64,000 nucleotides of DNA from contig JAVKHO010000011.1 in NCBI GenBank assembly GCA_031459915.1, positions 20,878 through 84,877 on the forward strand. Reading direction: 5' to 3'. This DNA comes from Candidatus Tepidifontimicrobium thermophilum (GTDB lineage Bacteria > Sysuimicrobiota > Sysuimicrobiia > Sysuimicrobiales > Sysuimicrobiaceae). Below, piece after piece: positions 38,403-47,071 of this stretch (positions are counted from its first letter, which is position 1; the number at the start of each line of letters is the position of its first letter). A program made the position numbers and the translations under genes. The notes under the pieces were generated by a model that ran no database searches, had not been told where the DNA came from, and saw only the letters and a list, made by a program, of their open reading frames with translations.

Positions 38403-39574
38403 CCCGCCATCCCCCTCGGTTCCACGAGCGTCTTCCCAGCCGGCCGGTCAGTCTCCCCCAGGACGGCGGGCGCCTGCTCCAGAGGGACCACGCGCGTAAT
38501 GAGGGGTCGCAGATCCAGATCCCCGCGCGCCATGTGCTCCACAATCGGGGGAAACGTCCGGTCCCCCGCGTGACCCAGCGACCCGATCACGCGTCCCGCA
38601 GCGGATACAAGAGGGTCTAGGTCCACCGCCACCGGACCCGACTGCCGACCCAAAAGGAGCACCGTTCCCCTGGGGGCTAGGGCCTCCACCATCTCTGGCA
38701 CGGTCCTGAGTAGATCCCCGGACGCATCCACCTGCAGCTCCGCCCCACGGTTGGAGGTGAGCTCCCGAACCACGTCCGCAGGACGTCGTCCCTGCTCCTC
38801 CAGCTCCTCCCACGAGTACACAGCGTCCGCTCCCACGGAGTGGGCGAGAGCTGCCCCGTTGCGCTTGCGCTTGAACACCACCACCCGGCCTGCTCCGGCG
38901 CTGCGCGCCAGGGCAGCGCAGCTGAGCCCCACCACGCCGGCGCCGTAGACGACCACCGTGGCGCCCGGCGGGATGCCACCGGCCTCCACGAACAGGCCCT
39001 GGTAAGCGACCGCAGCCGGTTCCACGAGAGCTGCGACCCGGTAACCGTGGGGGGATCCCATGCGTTCCACCAGGGCGTCCGCCGAGAAGCAGCAGCGCTC
39101 CGGCACCGTCACGTACTCCGCCAAGCCCCCGGGCTTGGTGAACCCGATCTCCTCCACGGCTTCACACTGGTTCGTGGCACCTACGCGGCAGGCGGAGCAC
39201 TGGCCACACCACTCGATGTTGTCACAGACTACGGCCTGTCCGGGCCGCACCCGCCGCACACCGGGGCCAACCTCCACCACCGTCCCCGAGAACTCGTGCC
39301 CTGGGATCAGGGGCAGCCGGACCCGGCCCGCGTATCGCATGTAGCCGTCCTCGTCCTGTGCGCACAGAGCGCGGTCCGACCCACACACCCCGCAGGCCGC
39401 CACCCGCACGAGGACTTCCCCGGTCCCTGGGGTCCGGATCGGCACCGTCTGGACAGATGCCCGCGGCCACCTCCACCCACGGTGGCCTGAAGTCACGTCA
39501 CGCGGACTCACCGGCTGCCTGTCCCGTGGCGTCCAGGTCCCTTCGATGAGGACGGCGCGCACCGCTGTCCTCAC
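38399..39574 (-). CDS. Zn-dependent dehydrogenase, scyllo-inosose 3-dehydrogenase (IolM)-like
   Basis: CGVCGSD...DEDGY..Y, GHEFSG, CGQCSAC..C, YGAG, GS.GH; N-terminal extension as I recall for Thermotoga IolM. Confidence 0.75.
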   Translation of the reverse strand: MRTAVRAVLIEGTWTPRDRQPVSPRDVTSGHRGWRWPRASVQTVPIRTPGTGEVLVRVAACGVCGSDRALCAQDEDGYMRYAGRVRLPLIPGHEFSGTVVEVGPGVRRVRPGQAVVCDNIEWCGQCSACRVGATNQCEAVEEIGFTKPGGLAEYVTVPERCCFSADALVERMGSPHGYRVAALVEPAAVAYQGLFVEAGGIPPGATVVVYGAGVVGLSCAALARSAGAGRVVVFKRKRNGAALAHSVGADAVYSWEELEEQGRRPADVVRELTSNRGAELQVDASGDLLRTVPEMVEALAPRGTVLLLGRQSGPVAVDLDPLVSAAGRVIGSLGHAGDRTFPPIVEHMARGDLDLRPLITRVVPLEQAPAVLGETDRPAGKTLVEPRGMAG

Positions 39575-39693
39575 CCTGAGGCGATGCGGGGCCCAACACC
39601 TTCGTTAGCCCCAAGAGCTGGAAGGCGTCCCCCGCCCCGCAAGCTCACGTCCACCGCCACTGGAGTTCACGACCCTCCCCAATTCCCCGGTTT

Positions 39694-41556
39694 TCACACC
39701 GGGCCGCGTTCCCTCGCGCGGTTCTCCTCGTACTCCTCCCGGGCCTTCTGCACCGAGGGCATCCCCGACACCTCCGCCACGGGCACGTCCCACCACGCTT
39801 CGTAGCTCGGGACCCGCGCGTCGCGGTCCACCTCCACCACGATCACGGTGGTGCGGTCCTGCGCCCGGGCCTCCTCCAGAGCCTTCCACAGCTCCTCGCG
39901 TGTGCGGGCCCGGATCGCGTGCGCGCCCAGGCTTGCGGCGTTGGCGGCTAGGTCGATGGGCAGCACGTCCCCGTCCAGCTGTCCCGTAGCAGGGTTCCGG
40001 AAGCGATGTTGGGTCCCGAACCCCCCGAGCCCCAGCGACTCCGACAGTCCCCCGATGCTGGCGTACCCGTGGTTGTCCAACAGCACCACCGTCAGCTTGT
40101 AGCCCTCCTGGATGCTGGTAGTGATCTCGCTGGGCATCATCAGGTACGAGCCGTCTCCCACCAGCACGTAGACCTCCCGATTGGGGTCCGCCATCTTCAC
40201 CCCCAGGCCGCCCGCGATCTCGTAGCCCATGCACGAGTACCCGTACTCCAGGTGGTAGGTGCCAGGCTGACGGGCACGCCAGAGCTTGTGCAGGTCCCCC
40301 GGCAGGCTGCCGGCGGCGCACACCACTACGTCCTCGGGACTGGCGAACGCGTTCACCAGCCCGATGACCTCCGCCTGGGCCATAGGGGGACCGTGCCGCT
40401 GGCTCGTCAGGCGCTCCACCTCCGCGTCCCACGCCTCCCGGAGCTTCGCCACCTCCCCCGCGTACCCGGGATCCACCTGGTACCCCCGGAGCAGCTCTGC
40501 CAACGCCCCCAGGGCCACGCGGGCGTCCGCCACCACGGGCAGGCTCCCGTGTTTGCGGGCATCCCGGTCTGAGAGGTTCACGCTGACGAACCGGACCTGC
40601 GGGTTCTCGAACAGGGTGGTGGAGGCGGTGGTGAAGTCATCCCACGCCGTCCCCACCCCCACCACGAGGTCGGCAGTGCGGGCGAGGCGGTTGGCAGCCA
40701 GACTCCCGGTCACGCCCACAGCACCCACGTTCTGCGGGTGGTCCCAGGGCAGGCTGCTCTTGCCCGCCTGGGTCTCCGCCACGGGGATCCCCGTGGCCTC
40801 CGCCAGGGCACGTAGTGCACCCTCCGCCTCGCTGAACAGCACCCCGCCGCCGGCCACCAGGAGCGGGCGCCGGCTCTGCCGGATCCAACGCGCGGCTTCG
40901 GCCAGCACCTCGGGGTCGGGGGGCGGGCGCAGGATGCGCCAGGTACGCGGCTCGAACAGCTCCGCGGGGTAGTTCCAGGCTTCCGTCTGGACGTCCTGGG
41001 GCAAGGCCAGGGTCACCGCCCCCGTCTCCGTGGGAGAGGTCAGGACCCGCATGGCCTCCAGCAGGGCGAAGGGAAGCTGGTCAGGCCGGTTGATGCGATC
41101 CCAGTAGCGGGAGACGGGCTTGAAGCAGTCGTTGACGGAGACGTCCTGGGACCAGCCTGCTTCCAGCTGCTGCAGCACCGGAGCCACGTTCCGCCGCGCG
41201 AAAATGTCACCGGGCAGCAACAGTACCGGTACGCGGTTGATCGTGGCGCCCGCGGCACCCGTGACCATGTTGGTGGCACCGGGGCCGATAGAGGACGTGC
41301 ACGCGAACGCCCGCATCCGCCGGGTGGCCTTCGCGAACGCGGCCGCCGCGTGCACCATGGCCTGCTCGTTGCGGGCGAAGTAGAAGCGCAGCTGCGGGTA
41401 CTCCTGCAGGGCCTGGCCGATCCCTGCCACGTTGCCGTGGCCGAAGATCCCCCACACCCCAGCGAAGAAGGGCCCGCTGCGGCCGTCCCGTTCGACCCTC
41501 TGGGCAGCCAGGAACCTTACCAGGGCCTGTGCCGCCGTAAGACGCAGCGTCCTCAC
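39694..41556 (-). CDS. iolD: 3D-(3,5/4)-trihydroxycyclohexane-1,2-dione acylhydrolase
   Basis: GIFGHGNVAG, SSIGPGATN, LQQLE, EYGYSCMGYE, GDGSYLM. Confidence 0.96.
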   Translation of the reverse strand: MRTLRLTAAQALVRFLAAQRVERDGRSGPFFAGVWGIFGHGNVAGIGQALQEYPQLRFYFARNEQAMVHAAAAFAKATRRMRAFACTSSIGPGATNMVTGAAGATINRVPVLLLPGDIFARRNVAPVLQQLEAGWSQDVSVNDCFKPVSRYWDRINRPDQLPFALLEAMRVLTSPTETGAVTLALPQDVQTEAWNYPAELFEPRTWRILRPPPDPEVLAEAARWIRQSRRPLLVAGGGVLFSEAEGALRALAEATGIPVAETQAGKSSLPWDHPQNVGAVGVTGSLAANRLARTADLVVGVGTAWDDFTTASTTLFENPQVRFVSVNLSDRDARKHGSLPVVADARVALGALAELLRGYQVDPGYAGEVAKLREAWDAEVERLTSQRHGPPMAQAEVIGLVNAFASPEDVVVCAAGSLPGDLHKLWRARQPGTYHLEYGYSCMGYEIAGGLGVKMADPNREVYVLVGDGSYLMMPSEITTSIQEGYKLTVVLLDNHGYASIGGLSESLGLGGFGTQHRFRNPATGQLDGDVLPIDLAANAASLGAHAIRARTREELWKALEEARAQDRTTVIVVEVDRDARVPSYEAWWDVPVAEVSGMPSVQKAREEYEENRARERGPV

Positions 41557-41569
41557 CACTTCCCCCGTG

Positions 41570-41603
41570 GTTCGGATTTGCGAACGGATTTCGGTGCACC
41601 GAA
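41570..41603. promoter_or_regulatory. Tandem TTCG-N6-CGAA operators (probable IclR sites) upstream of iolD
   Basis: gTTCGgatttgCGAAc at 41570-41585 and TTCGgtgcacCGAA at 41590-41603; minus-strand TTGACA at 41643-41638. Confidence 0.6.
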
Positions 41604-41653
41604 GCCGCGGGACAAAACAAGCACACTCGCCTTTGCCTGTCAAGCCGCCCGTC

Positions 41654-42427
41654 TCACGGGTACACGCCCAGCCGCTCCGACAGCCGCTGGGCCAGGCTGG
41701 TGACCTGCCGGGCGAGCTCCTCCAGGCGGGCGGGGGTCACCCGCGCCTTCACGGTACTGAACGCGACGCCGGCCCGCACGTCCCCTCGGCCCCGTACCGC
41801 CGCCCCCACGCAGCACATGCCTTCCACGGTCTCCTCGTCGTCCACCGAGTAGCCGCGCCGGCGGGTGGCTTCCAGCTCCCGGAGCAACTCCTCCACCGAG
41901 CCCACGCTGTGCCGGGTCGGGCGGGGCAGCGCCCCCGAGCCGAACAGCTGTCGCACCCGCTCTTCAGGCAGGGCGCTGAGGATCGCTTTCCCCGTGGCGG
42001 TGCAGTGGGCCGGGAGCCGCAGCCCGATCCGGTAGTTCACCGCGATGGGCTGCGTTCCGTTCCGGCACGCCACGTACACCACCTCGCGGCCGTCCAGGAC
42101 GGACAGTACCAGGGTCTCCTCGTGCCGCGGCAGCAACTCGTCGCACACCTCCGCGAACGCCGCCGACAGGTCCGACGCCGCGTCATAGGCCCGGTACAGC
42201 TCGAGGACCCGTACCCCGAGGCGGAACCGTCCCTCCGGGGAGCGTACGAGGAGCCGTTCCTGGACCAGGGTGGTGCACAGGTCGTGCGCCGTGCTCTTCG
42301 GGATCCCGAGCGTGCGGGCCAGCTCTCCGAGGGTCGGGGGACGCGCCGCGTTGCCCACCGCTTCCAGGATCCGCACCGCCCGGACCACGGACGGCACGCC
42401 GTCGGGCCGTCCCTCCCCTCTGGCCAC
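41654..42427 (-). CDS. IclR family transcriptional regulator
   Basis: SVVRAVRIL HTH, PKSTAH, LPAHCTATGKAIL, GYSVDDEE. Confidence 0.95.
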   Translation of the reverse strand: MARGEGRPDGVPSVVRAVRILEAVGNAARPPTLGELARTLGIPKSTAHDLCTTLVQERLLVRSPEGRFRLGVRVLELYRAYDAASDLSAAFAEVCDELLPRHEETLVLSVLDGREVVYVACRNGTQPIAVNYRIGLRLPAHCTATGKAILSALPEERVRQLFGSGALPRPTRHSVGSVEELLRELEATRRRGYSVDDEETVEGMCCVGAAVRGRGDVRAGVAFSTVKARVTPARLEELARQVTSLAQRLSERLGVYP

Positions 42428-42428
42428 C

Positions 42429-43388
42429 TCAGAACCCTCCCCGTTCCTCCACGAAGTGCAGCGCCTCCTCCTCGTAGGGCATGAAGTTGGCGCACCCGTG
42501 GCGGGTGACCACGATGGCGCCGCACGCGTTGCCCAGGCGCGCTGCCCGGTACCAGTCCCAGCCCCTCAGCCACCCGTAGAGGAACCCGCTGGCGAAGGCG
42601 TCCCCGGCGCCCAGCACGTTGTACACCTCCACGGGGAAGGGCGGCGCGTCCACGCGGCGGCCGTCCCGGGTGAACACCGCGGACCCCCGCGCCCCCAGCT
42701 TCGCCACCACCGCCTGTGGCCCCAGCGCCAGCAGGACCCGCGCTGCCTCCCCCACAGCCTCTTCGCCCGTCGCCGCCTGCAGCTCCTCCTCGTTGCCCAC
42801 CACCACCTCCGCCCACCGGACCAGGGCGCGCACGTTCACCCCGTAAGCCCGCACGTCTGGCCACAGGCTCGCCCGGTAGTCCAGGTCCACCACCACCCGC
42901 GTCCCCGCCGCCGCCGCCCGCTCCGCCGCGAACAGGGTGGCCGTGCGGCTGGGGTCCGCACACAGCCCCGTGCCGGTGAGAAACAGCACACGACTGGACT
43001 CCACCGGTGCCCGCAGGACGTCGTCCACTTCGAGAGCTAGGTCCGCGGCGTTTTCCCGGTAGAACACCAGGGGGAAGCGGTCCGGCGGCTCGATTCCCAG
43101 CACCACCGCGCCCGTGCGCCGCCCGGCCTTGCGGGGGATGAAACCTGTCTCCACGCCTTCCTGGCGAAGGAAGTGCAGGACGAAGTCGCCCACGGGGTCG
43201 TCGCCGACCCCGGTAAGTAGGGCGCTGCGGAGCCCCAGGCGGCGGGTCCCCACGCTCACGTTGGTGGGGCATCCGCCCACGTACGCGGCGAAACTACGGA
43301 TCTGCTCGAAGGGGACGCCCACGTCGTTGCTGTACAGGTCGATGCCGCAGCGGCCCATGGCCAGCACGTCGTAAGCGCGATCATCCAT
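42429..43388 (-). CDS. iolC: 5-dehydro-2-deoxygluconokinase
   Basis: GR..IDLY, YVGGCPTN, PLVFYRENAAD, LGAGDAF. Confidence 0.93.
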   Translation of the reverse strand: MDDRAYDVLAMGRCGIDLYSNDVGVPFEQIRSFAAYVGGCPTNVSVGTRRLGLRSALLTGVGDDPVGDFVLHFLRQEGVETGFIPRKAGRRTGAVVLGIEPPDRFPLVFYRENAADLALEVDDVLRAPVESSRVLFLTGTGLCADPSRTATLFAAERAAAAGTRVVVDLDYRASLWPDVRAYGVNVRALVRWAEVVVGNEEELQAATGEEAVGEAARVLLALGPQAVVAKLGARGSAVFTRDGRRVDAPPFPVEVYNVLGAGDAFASGFLYGWLRGWDWYRAARLGNACGAIVVTRHGCANFMPYEEEALHFVEERGGF

Positions 43389-44274
43389 CTGCCGTCTCCA
43401 GGGCGTGGGTGACCACCGGCACCCGCGGGTCCCGTTCCGCCCACGTGGACCGCACCCACGCGTGCGCGGGGTCTTCAGAGTTCGCCAGGCTCTGCGCGGA
43501 ACCTGCCAGCACGTTCAGGTAGTAGCAGGTGTACCCGTAGGCGGCGCTCACGGGGTGGTACCCGCACGGGACCAGCACCAGGTCGTCCTGCCGCGCCACC
43601 ACCGCCACGTCGAAGGAACCGTCGTGGGCGTAGATCCGCTGCAACGCGAAGCCCTCCGGCCGGTCGAACTTGTAAAAGTACACCTCCTCCAGGTCGGCCT
43701 CCACCAGCCGGCCGCCCTCGTCCACCCGGTGCTCGTCGTGCTTGTGCGGAGGGTAGCTGGACCAGTTCCCGCCCGGGGTGTACACCTCCACGCACACGAG
43801 ACGCTCGCAGGGGAATCCCGGCGGCAGGATCCCGTTGATCTGGCGGGTGGCGTTCCCACCCCCGCGCAACTCGATCTCCACGTCCGCGGGCCTCACCAGG
43901 CGCGGGGGGAAGCGACCCTCCGCAGGTGCCCACCCACAGGCCAGTTCCACCCCTCCCGCCTCCGCCACCACCTCGAACGCGGTGCCGGGCGGCAGGTACA
44001 GGGCGTACGGCATGCCGTCAAAGGGATTCCGCCTGCGGCCCACACCCTGCCAGTGGCCTCGGTCGGAACGCACGCTGGCCCGGCCGCCCAGCCAGACCAG
44101 GACCACCTCGCACCCGCCCGTGTGGTGCTCCCACCGCCCTCCCGGGCCCAACCGCCGCACCTCGAACCCCAGAAGCTCCCAGCCCGCCTGATCCGGGGTC
44201 ACTTGCACCACGACCCCTTCTTCCGGCGCCGGACGGACCGGTTCGATGCGCAGCTCCTGCGCGGTGCGGGGCAC
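43381..44274 (-). CDS. iolB: 5-deoxy-glucuronate isomerase
   Basis: GNWSSYPPHKHD, LEEVY, GYHP, YYLN. Confidence 0.95.
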   Translation of the reverse strand: MPRTAQELRIEPVRPAPEEGVVVQVTPDQAGWELLGFEVRRLGPGGRWEHHTGGCEVVLVWLGGRASVRSDRGHWQGVGRRRNPFDGMPYALYLPPGTAFEVVAEAGGVELACGWAPAEGRFPPRLVRPADVEIELRGGGNATRQINGILPPGFPCERLVCVEVYTPGGNWSSYPPHKHDEHRVDEGGRLVEADLEEVYFYKFDRPEGFALQRIYAHDGSFDVAVVARQDDLVLVPCGYHPVSAAYGYTCYYLNVLAGSAQSLANSEDPAHAWVRSTWAERDPRVPVVTHALETADG

Positions 44275-44376
44275 CGGCGCGCCACCTCCCAGGACCCTGA
44301 CGTTCCCGCTGCCGATTGTAGAGCACGGAGGGACCGCGAGGACTCCAGGCGAACACCCGGGGAGGAGGAAAACTCG

Positions 44377-45282
44377 ATGCACGGAGCCCGCGTGGCCGCA
44401 GCCCCCATCAGCTGGGGCGTGTGCGAGATCCCGGACTGGGGGCCTCAGCTGCCCTGGGAACGGGTGCTGGACGAGATGGCACAGGCCGGCTATGAAGGCA
44501 CCGAGCTCGGTCCCTGGGGCTTTCTGCCCGCCGAACCCGAAAGGCTAAGGGCCGCCCTTCAGGACAGAGGACTCCAGCTGGTGGCGGCTTTCGTCCCGCT
44601 GCCGCTCCGGGACCCGGCGCACTATCCCCAGGCGGAGGCGGAAGTCCGCCGGACCGCGGAGCTGCTGGCTCGCTTCGGGGCGGGGTGCCTCGTGTTCGCG
44701 GACGCCGGCGACGAGCTGCGGGCCCGCGTGGCGGGCCGGCCTCAGCTGACCGCCTCACACGGGATCCGCGCCGCGGACTGGCCCGCCTACGGAGACCGGG
44801 TCACGCGTCTCGCACGCCTAGTCCGGGATTCCTACGGGCTTCCGGTGGCCTTCCACCCGCACGGGGGCACGTACGTGGAGAACCCCGGGGAGGTGGAAGC
44901 GCTGCTGGCCCACACGGACCCGGAGCTGGTCGGACTGTGCCTGGACACAGGCCACCTCCTGTTCGGGGGCGGAGACCCCGTGGACGTGGCCCGGCGCCAC
45001 GCATCCCGCGTGAGGCACGTCCACCTGAAGGACGTGGACGCCTCGCGCCTACGGGGCCTGCTGGCCCAGGGGTTGACCTACGCACAGGCGGCCAAGCAGG
45101 GGGTGTTCGTGGAGCTGGGCACAGGCTCGGTCGACCTGCCCGGGATAGCCGCCCGCCTGCGCGAGGCGGGCTACCGCGGCTGGCTGGTGGTGGAGCAGGA
45201 CCGCGTGGTCACGGACGACACGGACACCCTGGCCTCCGCCCGGCGCAACCGTGAGTTCGTCCGCAGGACCTTCGGCGTCTGA
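44377..45282 (+). CDS. iolE: Myo-inosose-2 dehydratase
   Basis: APISWG, GYEGTELG, FHPH.GT, LDTGH, HVHLKD, VVEQD. Confidence 0.85.
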   Translation: MHGARVAAAPISWGVCEIPDWGPQLPWERVLDEMAQAGYEGTELGPWGFLPAEPERLRAALQDRGLQLVAAFVPLPLRDPAHYPQAEAEVRRTAELLARFGAGCLVFADAGDELRARVAGRPQLTASHGIRAADWPAYGDRVTRLARLVRDSYGLPVAFHPHGGTYVENPGEVEALLAHTDPELVGLCLDTGHLLFGGGDPVDVARRHASRVRHVHLKDVDASRLRGLLAQGLTYAQAAKQGVFVELGTGSVDLPGIAARLREAGYRGWLVVEQDRVVTDDTDTLASARRNREFVRRTFGV

Positions 45283-45306
45283 CAGTGCGCTTGCCCGTCC
45301 CGCCGC

Positions 45307-45335
45307 TTGTCAGGCGCGCGAGACGGCGATAGCAT
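45307..45335 (+). promoter_or_regulatory. Sigma70-type promoter of riboswitch-ribU
   Basis: TTGTCA-17 nt-TAGCAT just upstream of the aptamer. Confidence 0.65.
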
Positions 45336-45353
45336 CAAGACGACCGGCGAGCA

Positions 45354-45529
45354 CGACCTTCGGGGCAGGGTGAGGGGGCCGCACGGCCCTTGATTCCCGA
45401 CCGGCGGTAGGCACCGGAAAAGGCCCGGTGCGAGCCCGCGACCCGCGCACCGTCTGCGGCGCGGTGGACCCGGTCCAGCCGAGCCGGCGAAGCCGGGGCC
45501 GACGGTACAGTCCGGATGGGAGAAGGTCG
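45354..45529 (+). ncRNA. FMN riboswitch (RFN element) with insertions in L2 and L5
   Basis: CTTCGGGGCAGGGTGA...ATTCCCGACCGGCGGT...AGCCCGCGA...GCCGACGGTACAGTCCGGATGGGAGAAG; P1 CGACCTTC/GAAGGTCG; upstream of ribU. Confidence 0.93.
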
Positions 45530-45581
45530 GTGGCCGCAAGGCCGGCCGTGATCCCGCGGCGGCCGTAGCGCGTCATCCGGC

Positions 45582-45612
45582 GCCCCGGAGGCAACTCCGG
45601 GGCTTCTTGTTT
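45582..45612 (+). terminator. Intrinsic terminator of riboswitch expression platform
   Basis: GCCCCGGAG-GCAA-CTCCGGGGC followed by TTCTTGTTT. Confidence 0.85.
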
Positions 45613-45651
45613 GGGTCCGTGCTTCGCTGGAACCCAACCAGGAGGGTCGCG

Positions 45652-46239
45652 ATGCGCGCGCGTCAGTTGGCGTCCCTGTCCATGCTGTCCGCGGTGGCGG
45701 CACTGCTCATGCGGTTCGTGCAGCTCCCCATCCTTCCGGGAGCTCCCTACCTGAAGTTCGACCCCAGCGAGGTGCCCACGCTCCTCGCCGGCACCCTGTA
45801 CGGCCCTCCGGCCGCCGTCCTGGTGGCGTTCCTCAAGAACGTGCTGTACACGGCGCTGTTCGGCAGCCCCACGGGCTGGGTCGGCCCGTTCGCCAACTTC
45901 GCCGCGGTGAGCTTCTTCGCGGCTACCGCGGCCTGGGTGTACAGCCGGGAACCTAGCCTGGCGGGGCTGTTCAAGGGCGTGGCCGCGGGGGCGGTGGCGC
46001 GGGCGGCCCTCATGGTGCCGGTCCTGGCCTTCGTGGTGCTGCCGGTGTTCTTCGGCTACAGCCCCACGGACTGGGCCACCCTACACCGACGGGTCGTCCC
46101 GCTCCTGGCCGGTACCTTCGTCCCGTTCAACCTGGTGACCAGCGTGATCAACGGCGCCCTGGCGCTGTGGCTGCTGGCCGCCGTGCGCGGGCGCGTGCCC
46201 GCATTGCAGGGACACGCCCCGCGGCGCAGCGCGTCCTAG
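45652..46239 (+). CDS. ribU: ECF transporter S component, riboflavin
   Basis: YLKFDPSEVP, LKN, VGPFANF, PFNL; under FMN riboswitch. Confidence 0.88.
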   Translation: MRARQLASLSMLSAVAALLMRFVQLPILPGAPYLKFDPSEVPTLLAGTLYGPPAAVLVAFLKNVLYTALFGSPTGWVGPFANFAAVSFFAATAAWVYSREPSLAGLFKGVAAGAVARAALMVPVLAFVVLPVFFGYSPTDWATLHRRVVPLLAGTFVPFNLVTSVINGALALWLLAAVRGRVPALQGHAPRRSAS

Positions 46240-47054
46240 ACCTCGTCCCGCGGGGCCTGGAGCAGGGCCAAAAGGTGTGGGTGGAGTACGCCGTTGGTGG
46301 CCAGGGGGCTCCGGGTGTCCGCGGTGTACGGCGAGCCGTCCATGCCCGTCACCACCCCTCCCGCCTCCAGCACCATGAGGGCACCCGCGGCCACGTCCCA
46401 CGGGTTGAGGTCCGGCTCCCAGAAGGCGTCGAGGCGCCCGGCCGCCACGTAGCAAAGATTCAGGGCGGCCGAGCCCATCTGGCGGACGTCCTCCGCCAGC
46501 TTCAACAGGGTCACGATCTGCGGCAGGTTGTTGCCCGTGGTGCCGATGTCTGGGGGTGTCCCGGTAGCCACCAGGGCTTCCTGCAGGCGGGACGTGTCGG
46601 ACACCCGCAGCCGCCGCGCCCGGCCGCCCGACCACAGCCACGCGCCCGCTCCGCGCTCGGCTACGAACAGCTCATCCAGAACCGGGTGATAGACTACCCC
46701 CACCTGGACGGTCTCGCCCTGGGCCAGGGCCACCGACACGCCGAACCACGGCAGCCGGTGGGCAAAGTTGGTCGTCCCGTCCAGGGGATCCACGTACCAG
46801 CAGGGAGCCCCCTCGAACCGGGCACCCCGGCCCTCCTCGGCCACCACGCTGTGGTCGGGGAAGGCCTCCCGCAGCACGGACACGATGCACGCCTCGCTGG
46901 CGTGGTCCGCCTCCGTCACCGGGTTCACAGGGCCCTTGTAGCGGACCTCGCCGGGGGCAGGCGGGCGGGCGAAGTACTCCATCAGCACGTGGGCCGCCTC
47001 CCGCACCGCGCGCACGGCGACCTCCGCGTACGGAGACAACCGCAAGGGCTCCAA
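46236..47054 (-). CDS. suhB: Inositol monophosphatase family protein
   Basis: VTEAD, AEE, VDPLDGTTNF, GSAAL, WDVAAG; start could be 47069. Confidence 0.9.
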   Translation of the reverse strand: MEPLRLSPYAEVAVRAVREAAHVLMEYFARPPAPGEVRYKGPVNPVTEADHASEACIVSVLREAFPDHSVVAEEGRGARFEGAPCWYVDPLDGTTNFAHRLPWFGVSVALAQGETVQVGVVYHPVLDELFVAERGAGAWLWSGGRARRLRVSDTSRLQEALVATGTPPDIGTTGNNLPQIVTLLKLAEDVRQMGSAALNLCYVAAGRLDAFWEPDLNPWDVAAGALMVLEAGGVVTGMDGSPYTADTRSPLATNGVLHPHLLALLQAPRDEV

Positions 47055-47071
47055 CCTCCCCACCTCCACGG

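Noticed and set aside
43405..44376. N-terminal extension of iolE (625-aa ORF)
   Set aside because: Antisense shadow of iolB; strong RBS before ATG 44377
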